From contig JANQSD010000004.1 in the NCBI GenBank assembly GCA_028284225.1, positions 14,869 through 78,868 on the forward strand: a stretch of 64,000 nucleotides of DNA, read 5' to 3'. Shown here piece by piece: positions 9,727 through 19,267 of the stretch. Each line of letters opens with the position of its first letter. The stretch's first letter is position 1. This stretch comes from Arenicellales bacterium (GTDB taxonomy: Bacteria > Pseudomonadota > Gammaproteobacteria > Arenicellales > JAHEKD01). A program made the position numbers and the translations under genes. Below the pieces are notes generated by a model. It was not told where the DNA came from and did not search any database. It saw only the letters and a program-made list of their open reading frames with translations.

Positions 9727-10821
9727 GTGAGCGACGAGCATAAAAAATTCAATTTTCGGATTCAGCACTGGTTGCTGATTGCAGCTGTGGTTATTGCATT
9801 TTTTGGGGTGTTTTTGTTAATCAAACCCTATGCCAACCCAATCGTTATGGCTTTTATTATGTCATTGCTGTGCTTACCCTTTCATCACAAAATAGAGCAG
9901 CGCCTTGGCAACAAGCCCAATACAGCCGCGGTTCTCTCCTGTATCTTACTGACAGTAATTATTCTCATTCCACTTTCATTCATGGTCAGTGCAATTGTTG
10001 AGCAAGCTGCGGTACTGTCAAAAACGACTTACGAATGGATAAATCAAGGTAAAGCCGAAGCTCTGCTGGAGCACCCTTATGTGCAAAAAGTCATCACCGC
10101 CGTTAATCAGGTTTATCCTTTTGAAGAAATAAATACCCAGATGATTTTGAAACAGGCCGGCGGTGCAATTTCTAAGTTAGGTAGCGGTGTACTTAATATC
10201 AGCGCCGCATTAGTCGGCAACGTCACCCAGGTAATCACCAGCTTTATGCTGATGTTGTTTGTATTGTTCTTTTTACTTCGTGACCACGATTACCTGGTGG
10301 AAAAATTGCGTCATGTTATTCCATTGTCTCGCAGCCAGGAAGACCGGTTGCTGGTGGAAATCGAAAGTGTCGCCAAATCAGCAATGCTTGGCTCTTTTAT
10401 TACTGCTTTGGTGCAAGGGATCGCGGGTGGATTTGCTATGTGGCTGGTCGGTTTTCCAGGGTTGTTCTGGGGCATGATGATGGGTTTTAGCTCATTTATT
10501 CCGATGATTGGTACTGCTTTAATATGGCTGCCGGCTGCCATATATCTATTGCTAACCAATGAATGGCAATGGGGGCTTTTCTTGATTGGCTGGGGTGTTC
10601 TTGTAATCGGTTCGATTGATAATTTCGTCAGGCCACTGGTGATGCAGGGTAATTCCGGCATGAATACCTTGTTGATTTTCTTTTCCCTAATTGGCGGCTT
10701 GCAGGTCTTCGGTCTATTAGGCTTGATCTATGGGCCGCTTATTTTTGGCTTGGCCCTGGCACTGTTCGGGCTTTATGAAACTGAATTTGAAGATTTCTTA
10801 AAGCGGCAGGATGATCGCTAG
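9727..10821 (+). CDS. AI-2E family transporter
   Basis: Multi-TM protein with FIPMIG, IDNFVRP and GLLGLIYGP motifs. Confidence 0.85.
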   Translation: MSDEHKKFNFRIQHWLLIAAVVIAFFGVFLLIKPYANPIVMAFIMSLLCLPFHHKIEQRLGNKPNTAAVLSCILLTVIILIPLSFMVSAIVEQAAVLSKTTYEWINQGKAEALLEHPYVQKVITAVNQVYPFEEINTQMILKQAGGAISKLGSGVLNISAALVGNVTQVITSFMLMLFVLFFLLRDHDYLVEKLRHVIPLSRSQEDRLLVEIESVAKSAMLGSFITALVQGIAGGFAMWLVGFPGLFWGMMMGFSSFIPMIGTALIWLPAAIYLLLTNEWQWGLFLIGWGVLVIGSIDNFVRPLVMQGNSGMNTLLIFFSLIGGLQVFGLLGLIYGPLIFGLALALFGLYETEFEDFLKRQDDR

Positions 10822-10832
10822 GGTCTGTTGCC

Positions 10833-11825
10833 ATGCCAGACAGCATTGAAATTCAAGATATAATTTCTGCACAGCAACGACTACCCGGTTATATAAGAAA
10901 AACAGCTGTCAATCAATCCAGTGAATTATCAAGGCTTGCTAACATTCCAGTCTACTTGAAGCTTGAACATCAGCAAATCACCAATAGCTTCAAAATTCGC
11001 GGTGCAAGTAATGCCATGTTACAACTTACAGATGAACAAAAGTCAGCCGGCATTGTCTGTGTATCGTCGGGTAATCATGGTCGAGGAGTAGCGTTTGCAG
11101 CCAATCAACTGGGCATTGCCGCCAAAGTTTTCATGTCCCCTTTTGTGCCTGAGAATAAAGTCAACGGGATACGGGATTTAGGCGCAGAAGTTGTTATTAC
11201 TGGAAACAATGCTGACGAAGCTGAGCTGGCAGCTTTGAATTACATTGATCAAACTCAGGCAACCTATCTTCCACCATTTGATCATAAGCAGATCATCTGC
11301 GGACAAGGTACACTGGGTCTTGAAATAATTGAACAAATACCTGATCTTGAAAATGTGGTTGTGCCCTTATCAGGCGGCGGCTTAATTTCAGGAATTGCGA
11401 TTGCGATTAAATCACTGAAGCCAAAAATTAAACTATACGGCATCAGTATGGAAAAAGGTCCGGCCATGATAGACAGTATAAAGGCCGGTGCAATTGTGGA
11501 AGTCAATGAAGAACCAACATTTGCTGATTCGCTGGCCGGCGGTATCCATCCTGATAATCACTACACATTTAATATCGTCAGAAAGTTAGTCGATCAAACA
11601 GCCGTGGTCAGTGAAGCTGAGATCGCTGCTGCAATCAGGCATGCCTATTTACATGAGCGCCAAATTATTGAAGGTGGCGCCTCTGTAGGCATAGCAGCAA
11701 TACTGGCGGACAAACTGGCTCTTACAGGACCCACGGTAGTCGTTCTAAGCGGCGGCAATATCAATATGGATATTCATCAAGCTATTTTGAACGGTGCTGA
11801 TAATTTAAGCGAAATCAAGAGTTAA
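10833..11825 (+). CDS. eutB: Threonine dehydratase family, EutB-like (hydroxyectoine utilisation dehydratase)
   Basis: LKLEHQQITNSFKIRGA, SSGNHG, PLSGGGL, DSLAGGI and SGGN motifs; position between eutA-like and OCD genes. Confidence 0.7.
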   Translation: MPDSIEIQDIISAQQRLPGYIRKTAVNQSSELSRLANIPVYLKLEHQQITNSFKIRGASNAMLQLTDEQKSAGIVCVSSGNHGRGVAFAANQLGIAAKVFMSPFVPENKVNGIRDLGAEVVITGNNADEAELAALNYIDQTQATYLPPFDHKQIICGQGTLGLEIIEQIPDLENVVVPLSGGGLISGIAIAIKSLKPKIKLYGISMEKGPAMIDSIKAGAIVEVNEEPTFADSLAGGIHPDNHYTFNIVRKLVDQTAVVSEAEIAAAIRHAYLHERQIIEGGASVGIAAILADKLALTGPTVVVLSGGNINMDIHQAILNGADNLSEIKS

Positions 11826-11827
11826 CC

Positions 11828-12793
11828 ATGCATTATATAGATGCCGACAGCGCACATAGTCTCTTTACCTATCCTGAATTGGTTGAACAACTGTTAAAGG
11901 CACATCAAACACCCACTGAGGTGATAGAAGATTTACTTATTGAATCTGAGTACCAGGATTTAAAAAATCATTTCTTTTTGCGCACGGCCTGGCAAAAGGG
12001 TCATTACCTTGGATCTAAAAATATTACTATTTTTCCGCAAAACCGCGACCCGGATGGTCCGCCGGCGATACAGGCACTATACACGTTGTTTGATGGAAAC
12101 AGCGGTTCTGCGTTATGTTGTTTAGACGGTACCGCACTGACTTTTATTAAGACAGCCACTGACTCAGCTCTGGCCACTCACTTGCTGGCTAAAAAAGACA
12201 TCAAAACGATGTTAATGATAGGCGCCGGTGGCATGGCACCGCATTTAATTGAAGCCCATTGCGCACTTAGACCTTCTATTGAAAACATATATATTTTTAA
12301 TCGGACTCAAGATCGCTGTATACAAGTTGTTGATAAACTCGCAAAAAAAGCAATAACCGTAACACCCATAAGTGAACTTGATGAGGCTATACCAGAAGCT
12401 GACCTGATTTGTAGCGCTGTGACTACGGCGCAACCTTATGTAAAAGGTAAATTATTAAAACCCGGGGTACATATTGATTTGATTGGCGCCTTCACTGAAG
12501 AACTTAGAGAAGCTGACAATGAAACAATCCGGCGAGGTACAGTCTTTGTTGATTCCCGGCGTATGACATTAGGTATAGTCGGAGAAATAGTGCAACCGAT
12601 TAAACAAGGCGTTATGACGGCCGATGATATTAAGGCCGATTTTTACGATGCGGTTAACAACGATTTATTTTGCAGGTCCTATGACGACGAGATTACGGTA
12701 TTTAAAAACGGCGGTGGTGGCCATTTAGACTTAATGATGGCCCATATTTTATATAACAGATTTATCCAGCAGCAATCTAATGAACAAATCTAA
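11828..12793 (+). CDS. Ornithine cyclodeaminase / mu-crystallin family protein
   Basis: GAGGMA, LKPGVHIDLIGAF and ITVFKNGGG motifs. Confidence 0.85.
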   Translation: MHYIDADSAHSLFTYPELVEQLLKAHQTPTEVIEDLLIESEYQDLKNHFFLRTAWQKGHYLGSKNITIFPQNRDPDGPPAIQALYTLFDGNSGSALCCLDGTALTFIKTATDSALATHLLAKKDIKTMLMIGAGGMAPHLIEAHCALRPSIENIYIFNRTQDRCIQVVDKLAKKAITVTPISELDEAIPEADLICSAVTTAQPYVKGKLLKPGVHIDLIGAFTEELREADNETIRRGTVFVDSRRMTLGIVGEIVQPIKQGVMTADDIKADFYDAVNNDLFCRSYDDEITVFKNGGGGHLDLMMAHILYNRFIQQQSNEQI

Positions 12794-13988
12794 TGCTAAC
12801 AAATGGGGGGAACGAACCAAGGCTATTCATGCCGGCGAATTTATTGATCCGGCCAGCCGAGCCTCTTCTCCCAATTTAGTGATGTCATCGACATTTTGTC
12901 CGGATCAAGTAGCTGGGTTTTCAGCTCACAATAGATCAGACTACCAAGGCCATATTTATGCTCGGGTGTCTAATCCAACTATTAAACAACTTGGCACAAA
13001 ACTGGCCGCTATGGAAGGCGCTGAAGCCGCTCAGTGCTACGCCAGCGGCATGGCAGCATCACACGCTTTACTGGCGGGCCGTCTAAATGCCGGCGATCAC
13101 TTAATTATCTCAGACACTAACTATGTCGGCACTGCAGAGCTGGTTAGAGACAGCTTGCCGCGCTGGGGCATTAAGGTCACACCTGTTGATACGTCTGATC
13201 TAGATCTGGTTGCATCTGTCATCGAACCCAGTACTAAGATGATCTGGCTGGAGACACCGGCTAATCCGATCATGCGCCTGAGCGATATTGAAGCCATAGT
13301 AAAACTTGCACGTGATAAAAATGTTCGTGATGTTGTCGTCGACTCAACCTTCGCTACCCCAGCCGCTACCAAGCCACTAACCTTAGGGGCCGATTTTGTA
13401 GTGCATTCTTTAACGAAATACATTGGTGGTCATGGCGATGCAATGGGCGGCGCAGTGATTGGGCGAAAGCAGGATCTGGATGCTCTAAACCTTGAAGCAA
13501 CCGTTCATTACGGTGGTGTGCTATCACCGTTTAACGCCTGGTTAATTATGCGTGGTGCTGCTACTTTTCCTTTGCGCATGCAAGCTCATGAAGCCACAGC
13601 AATGCGGGTCGCGAAGTTTCTGGAGCAACACAAGAAAATTAAATCTGTTTATTACCCAGGCCTGGTCAGCCATCCACAACATGACTTGGCTAAAAGGCAA
13701 ATGAAAAACTTTTCCGGCATGTTGAGTTTTCGGACCTGCGAGACCGGTGAGTCAGTTGCTTCACGCATGATTCAAAAATTCCAACTTATTCACTATGCTG
13801 TATCTCTCGGTCATCATCGTTCATTAATTTACTGGATACCTACACAGATGTTAATGAACTCTACTTATCGCTTAAGCCATGATGCAGAACAACGTTATCG
13901 CCGATTTGCCGGCGATGGATTGTTTCGTTTTTCGGTGGGTATTGAGAACCCGGAAGATCTATGTGCGGAATTAGACGCAGTATTATAA
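12780..13988 (+). CDS. Cys/Met metabolism PLP enzyme (cystathionine gamma-synthase / methionine gamma-lyase family)
   Basis: YARVSNPT, ASGMAA, ETPANP and HSLTKYIGGHGD motifs. Confidence 0.88.
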   Translation: MNKSNANKWGERTKAIHAGEFIDPASRASSPNLVMSSTFCPDQVAGFSAHNRSDYQGHIYARVSNPTIKQLGTKLAAMEGAEAAQCYASGMAASHALLAGRLNAGDHLIISDTNYVGTAELVRDSLPRWGIKVTPVDTSDLDLVASVIEPSTKMIWLETPANPIMRLSDIEAIVKLARDKNVRDVVVDSTFATPAATKPLTLGADFVVHSLTKYIGGHGDAMGGAVIGRKQDLDALNLEATVHYGGVLSPFNAWLIMRGAATFPLRMQAHEATAMRVAKFLEQHKKIKSVYYPGLVSHPQHDLAKRQMKNFSGMLSFRTCETGESVASRMIQKFQLIHYAVSLGHHRSLIYWIPTQMLMNSTYRLSHDAEQRYRRFAGDGLFRFSVGIENPEDLCAELDAVL

Positions 13989-14185
13989 TGTTTATAGAGT
14001 TAATGTATTTTCTCACCTGACTTCATAAAAAGCATATATTCATTTGAATTTAAAAGTTTTTTTAAAATTCTGAACAAACATGTATAATGAGCAAGCGATA
14101 ACTAAAAGCTGGTTAAGAGAGTTAAACAAATCAGCATTAGATTTAGTAAAGCAACTAAATCAAGTCATTTTATAGATGGGTAAGT

Positions 14186-14533
14186 ATGTATACAAAGTCT
14201 CTCAGTAAATTCGTCTCCGGAATTTTTCTGATCATTGTCACGATGCTATTGACAGGGTACATGCTCTTTAGTAACAAACAGTTAGCGACATAATTTAAAG
14301 GAATGTGTGTGAATATTAGTGAAGGTGAACGTGGCTTAATTATTACCTTACCGACTGTTCATTTTGACTTTGATAGCAGTAATTTAAAGGCTTCATCAAG
14401 AGATAAAATTGCTGTTAAAGAGTTAGCATTTACTAACATCGATAAGACGCGCATATCGCCAGTTACCGACAACAGCACATCACCGGGGCGGCAGACAAAT
14501 CGACCAGTAGAAATTGTAGTGTTAAACCCTTAA
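14186..14533 (+). pseudogene. Eroded OmpA-family lipoprotein
   Basis: ATG 14186 signal peptide ..MLLTGY (lipobox Cys replaced by Tyr); in-frame TAA at 14291-14293; same frame continues ERGLIITLPTVHFDFDSSNL..GRQTNRPVEIVV; central GHTD..LS..RA segment missing. Confidence 0.75.
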
Positions 14534-14553
14534 GCCGGTTTGATTCAAATCCA

Positions 14554-16143
14554 ATGTTTATCAAAATCAAAGCACAGTCAAGCGATCTAGAAAAAGAATA
14601 TATTCGTGAACGGGATATATTTAAGAAAAAACGCAAGGGTCCAAAACTCTTTTTAGCCGGATTCCTGATCACTGTTATCAGCGGATATTTCTATTATTTA
14701 AATCAAGGGGATTCCCTGCAAACATTTCAAAAGGCAATAACTATGTCAGAACCTGCGGCTCCTGAGCAGTCGAACACAACGCCTACTTCGCACGAGCCAC
14801 AGCTGATTACTGGTGCAATCGCTAGTGATGAACCTATAACAACACAAACTCCGGACATCCCGATCACAGATTCAAGTCCTGCAAATAATGGACATGCAGT
14901 TAACCAACCAGCGGACATCATCACAGAAGAGAAACTGGAAAATACACCCCAGCCAGAGATAGATACAAGCGAATCACTGACAATGACTGATCCGAACAAA
15001 GTTGACTCGAACTTTGCAGTTGAAATCTTAGAAGTAGGCCTGGCTAATAATAGTGACCAAGAATCAATCGAACAACAGTTAAACACAGAAATCGCTGTAG
15101 ATTCTGACACGCCAAATTATCAAGGTAGTTCCGTTGAAGAAATTTCCGAACTAAACTACCAATCAATTAACATTGAATCGCCAGATGTTAATGAAATCAG
15201 TGCTGTTGATACCGACAAAAATGATGCGTTAGAAACAACCAAGTTGTTAGAACAGACAACCGACCAAGCCCCAGTTCCCGATAACATTGATAATGTTGTA
15301 GCCGACAATACGCCACAAGCGAACGATTTTAATCCGGAACAACCTGAAGCGGCCGAGGTTACAAAGGTAGAACCTGTTAGTACAGCTACTGGAGAAGACC
15401 ATCAAGCTGACGAAAGTGAAGTGGAACAAACTCAAGTAGCCGAAGCAAAATCTGCAACGCAAAAGCAAACTACTATTAATGTAGAACAAACAAAAATAGA
15501 CCCAAATAAAAGTTTAGCCCTGGTTGAACATTCTTCTATAGACGCCAAGCTAAACCCGGTTGAAGAGCTGGTTATCAATAACGACAATGACATTGAACAA
15601 ACTTCAACAATCCAAAATACTGAACAAACCTCCACTACCCGGCAATCATCTCAGAGCATACAATCACCGATCGACAATAGAGGAAACACTGCGCTGATGG
15701 TTGCGGCACTTAATGCCGACAATCAAACTGCAAGGGAACTGATTCAACAAGGCGCCAGAGTCAATGCCCGCAATAATTGGGGATGGACAGCGTTGTTAAA
15801 TGCAACAATCAAAGGCAATCGACCTCTGGTTGAGTATTTGCTTGGCCATGGTGCCAGCCCTCACTTGGCTGACAATGATGGCCGTTCACCGTTAATGGCA
15901 GCGGTTTTGAATGATCACCCAGAAATAGTTAAGATTTTGTTGAGCTATAACGCGGATGTAAACAAGGCAAACCAGGATGGATGGACAGCACTAAGCTTCG
16001 CCGCCTGGAAAGGAAGCACTACTTCAGTTAAATATTTACTTGAAGCAAATGCTTTCAAACACCATCAAACACCCGAAGGTTTGACGCCATTGCAACTGGC
16101 CCGACAAGGCAACCATTCTGAAGTGATTAATTTGCTAGATTAA
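14554..16143 (+). CDS. Membrane-anchored ankyrin-repeat protein with long acidic linker
   Basis: Basic patch plus TM helix, D/E/T/Q-rich linker, five ankyrin repeats (GNTALM, GWTALL, GRSPLM, GWTALS, GLTPLQ). Confidence 0.85.
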   Translation: MFIKIKAQSSDLEKEYIRERDIFKKKRKGPKLFLAGFLITVISGYFYYLNQGDSLQTFQKAITMSEPAAPEQSNTTPTSHEPQLITGAIASDEPITTQTPDIPITDSSPANNGHAVNQPADIITEEKLENTPQPEIDTSESLTMTDPNKVDSNFAVEILEVGLANNSDQESIEQQLNTEIAVDSDTPNYQGSSVEEISELNYQSINIESPDVNEISAVDTDKNDALETTKLLEQTTDQAPVPDNIDNVVADNTPQANDFNPEQPEAAEVTKVEPVSTATGEDHQADESEVEQTQVAEAKSATQKQTTINVEQTKIDPNKSLALVEHSSIDAKLNPVEELVINNDNDIEQTSTIQNTEQTSTTRQSSQSIQSPIDNRGNTALMVAALNADNQTARELIQQGARVNARNNWGWTALLNATIKGNRPLVEYLLGHGASPHLADNDGRSPLMAAVLNDHPEIVKILLSYNADVNKANQDGWTALSFAAWKGSTTSVKYLLEANAFKHHQTPEGLTPLQLARQGNHSEVINLLD

Positions 16144-16179
16144 GCAAGCGCTATTCACAGTACACTCATTGTGAGTAAT

Positions 16180-16267
16180 GTCATTGTGAGCACCTATTCG
16201 GGGATAAACTTGTGCGGCAACCCAGACATTATGGATAACTGCGTCGCCTTCGACGACTCGCAATGAC
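16180..16267. repeat. Palindromic intergenic element (GTCATT..AATGAC type)
   Basis: GTCATTGTGAG ... CTCGCAATGAC terminal inverted repeat with inner GTCG/CGAC hairpin. Confidence 0.65.
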
Positions 16268-16375
16268 TCCCAGTTGTGCAAATTGGGCTGATTTAGACCA
16301 TAATCATGGTCTTTGTAAAAACTTATTTAATTAAAAGTTAACCCATCCTGTTTTGTTATTATTTGCAGCGAAATA

Positions 16376-18514
16376 ATGAAACGTCAACGTAAACTCATCC
16401 ATATTCAAGGCGAGACAAATTGGTGCCTAAACTGCACTCATGAATTACTTGCCGATTTACCAAGCCATGTCGGTAATATAGTTTGCTATGGCCTGGAAAA
16501 AGGATTAAGTGGTAACCTAAAAACTAAATATATAGAAAAATCTAAAAAACGATCAGAAATTGAAAATCACTTGGGCAGTGAAAATTCAGTTCTCATCTAC
16601 AATTGCTTTGATGGGTTTAATCCTGATATTTTCTGCGCGCTAGCCGGCCTGATAAAATCTCCCGGCTTGATTATTTTCCTGACCCCAACAGTTTGTGACT
16701 GGCCCAATTATCCGGATCCTGATTACAGCAGATTTTGTTCATACCCATATCGACCAACAGATATCAAGGGTCGATTTATTTGTTACTTAATTGAACAGCT
16801 AAGTAAAACCGAAACTAACCACGTTTGTAACTTACAGCAAAACATCGATTCAAAAAAAGAAATTAATTCAATAAAAACAATAATATATAAACTTTTCCAA
16901 GAATTAACTATAAGTCATAACAACCAACCTTCCTCAGTCCAAAAATTAATTATCGACTCTGTGGGAAATCTGGTCAGATTACAAACACACGGTGTAATAG
17001 TAATCCATGGAAATAGAGGTAGAGGAAAAACAACATCAATTGGGTTAGCCTTGTCGCAATTATTTCAACAAGGTGTTAACAATGTAACTATTTCTGTTAT
17101 TTCACAAAACAAGGCAAATGTTAGCGCCATTTTTGACTGCTTAAATCGGAACCAAACACAACAGAACTTTAACGTCGAGTTTTTTCCTCCAGATGAATAT
17201 TTGAATAGCAAGCCCGATTCGAATCTGGTTGTTATTGATGAAGCCGCAGCAATCCCGATAGCTGTCCTTAAAAAATTAGTGGTGTCATCGGACAAACTCA
17301 TCATCGCTACAACTGTTGATGGTTATGAAGGTAGCGGAATGGGATTTTTAACTAAGTTTCAAGATCACTTGATCAAGCATAACTTTTCTGTCAAAACGAT
17401 TGAGCTACAGACCCCTTTCCGATGGGAAGCGAATGATCCTATTGAGCAATTTATATTTGCAACTTTTTTTCCACAGAAGTTTTTAGCTTCTAATAAGCTG
17501 ATACAAATACCCGAAATTTCTAAGCTATCCGTTAAAAAGTTGAATAGAGATGACCTGATCATTAATACTCTAAAAACCCAACAGTTATTTAGCTTACTAG
17601 CCCAGGCTCACTATCGAACCACACCCGATGATTTACGCTATCTGCTCGATGCGCCAGACGTTGAAATCTGGGTCGCTGAGCATCATGATACTATTCATGC
17701 GGCCTTGCTTGTCGTGGATGAAGGACCACTCGATAATGAATTTACAGATGCCATCTGGTTAGGAAAACGCAGATTAAACGGACACCTGATTCCTCAAACT
17801 CTTTCTGCCCAAAACGGATTTAAGCAGGCAATCAAGTTTACTTACAAACGTATTATTAGAATAGCTACTTTAGAGCCAAGTAGAAATCGGGGCATTGCCA
17901 GCAAACTCCTCTCACAGTTTCAAGCTGAATCCATCAAATTGTCAAAGTTAGATTTTATCGGTGTTAGCTATGGCTACGAGATATGGCTGTCTAAATTTTG
18001 GCAAAAGCATGATTTTATGACTGTCAGGTTTGGTCATCGTGAAAATGCCAGAAGCGGTTTACGATCAGTCTTGATGCTAAGGCCATTATCGGATGCGGCC
18101 CTGGAGTTTTGTGGCAAGCTACAAAACCGTTACAGATATAACCTGCAGTTTGAGATGAACCATTTGGATAAAGACCTGCTCTCTTTCGTTCATCTAAATG
18201 AAAACCATCGATATCTTACCGACAACAGGGAACAAAACCGGTTTGATGTTTACAGCTTTGCTTACGGACACCGCCAATATTTAAACTGTCAAGGAGCATT
18301 AAACGTAGTCGCCATTCATTGCTTGAATGTTGACCGAATACGCCAACAGTTAAGTCAACATCAGCTCAAAGCTGTGACATTAAAAGTGTTGTTGGGTAAA
18401 AGCTGGAAAGAAACCGTCAGAACCGCTGGATTTAACGGAAAAACTGAATTATTACGTGAACTCAGAACCGTTTATGCAATCTTCTATACTGCTGTCTGGG
18501 GAAATAAATCATAA
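16376..18514 (+). CDS. tmcA: tRNA(Met) cytidine acetyltransferase
   Basis: GNRGRGKT, VIDEAAAIP, TTVDGYEGSG, AHYRTTPDDL and GNAT domain RIIRIA. Confidence 0.9.
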   Translation: MKRQRKLIHIQGETNWCLNCTHELLADLPSHVGNIVCYGLEKGLSGNLKTKYIEKSKKRSEIENHLGSENSVLIYNCFDGFNPDIFCALAGLIKSPGLIIFLTPTVCDWPNYPDPDYSRFCSYPYRPTDIKGRFICYLIEQLSKTETNHVCNLQQNIDSKKEINSIKTIIYKLFQELTISHNNQPSSVQKLIIDSVGNLVRLQTHGVIVIHGNRGRGKTTSIGLALSQLFQQGVNNVTISVISQNKANVSAIFDCLNRNQTQQNFNVEFFPPDEYLNSKPDSNLVVIDEAAAIPIAVLKKLVVSSDKLIIATTVDGYEGSGMGFLTKFQDHLIKHNFSVKTIELQTPFRWEANDPIEQFIFATFFPQKFLASNKLIQIPEISKLSVKKLNRDDLIINTLKTQQLFSLLAQAHYRTTPDDLRYLLDAPDVEIWVAEHHDTIHAALLVVDEGPLDNEFTDAIWLGKRRLNGHLIPQTLSAQNGFKQAIKFTYKRIIRIATLEPSRNRGIASKLLSQFQAESIKLSKLDFIGVSYGYEIWLSKFWQKHDFMTVRFGHRENARSGLRSVLMLRPLSDAALEFCGKLQNRYRYNLQFEMNHLDKDLLSFVHLNENHRYLTDNREQNRFDVYSFAYGHRQYLNCQGALNVVAIHCLNVDRIRQQLSQHQLKAVTLKVLLGKSWKETVRTAGFNGKTELLRELRTVYAIFYTAVWGNKS

Positions 18515-19266
18515 AAATTCCGTGTTGTTGCACAGGTGATTTCGCTTAAGTTTTGCTGTCTTAGTTCTGACAGTTTCTCGGCTACATGTACAACATATGC
18601 CGGTTGATTGGCTTTGCCACGATAAGGCACAGGGGCTAAGTAAGGTGAGTCCGTTTCAACCAGAATGCTATCCAGCGGAACCTTGGCAGCAACCTGCTGC
18701 AATACCCTGGCACTATTAAACGTAACAATTCCGGAAAACGAAATTTTAAAATCCATTTTTAACGCACGTTTGGCCTGTTGCCAATCACCGGTAAAACAAT
18801 GCATGATGCCCCGACATTTTTTTGCACCCTGGCTTTCAAGCAAGTCAAGGGTGTCATCCATACTGTCACGGGTGTGAATAATTAGCGGTTTATCTAATTC
18901 AATAGCAGTATTTATGTGGTTAATAAACCGTTGTTTTTGCCAGTCAGTGTCTTCCTTGATATGGAAATAATCCAGTCCTGTTTCTCCTACTGCAATCAAA
19001 TTTTTATCGCTGCAATAATCCAGCAGATAATCGATAGTCTGGACCTGCCCCGGATTATGGGTAGGATGAATCGCTGCAGCAGCCAGAATAGACTCTTCAT
19101 CCTGTGACAATTTAATCACTTCATCCTTGTCTGTCTCATCGATTGAAATGCATAACATCTGCCTGACATTATTCGTTATTGCCGTTTCAATTCGCTCTTT
19201 TAGTGCTGCCTTGTCCTGCCCGAAATGGACATGACAATGTGAATCGATCAAATGAGTATTCAGCAT
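18484..19266 (-). CDS. TatD-family DNase
   Basis: DSHCH, GETGLDY, HTR, HCF and ETDSPY motifs; position after holB. Confidence 0.92.
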   Translation of the reverse strand: MLNTHLIDSHCHVHFGQDKAALKERIETAITNNVRQMLCISIDETDKDEVIKLSQDEESILAAAAIHPTHNPGQVQTIDYLLDYCSDKNLIAVGETGLDYFHIKEDTDWQKQRFINHINTAIELDKPLIIHTRDSMDDTLDLLESQGAKKCRGIMHCFTGDWQQAKRALKMDFKISFSGIVTFNSARVLQQVAAKVPLDSILVETDSPYLAPVPYRGKANQPAYVVHVAEKLSELRQQNLSEITCATTRNFYDLFPQTAV

Positions 19267-19267
19267 A

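Noticed and set aside
14291-14293. Programmed stop-codon readthrough in the OmpA-like frame
   Set aside because: The stop is TAA, not TGA/TAG, and the gene has other inactivating lesions
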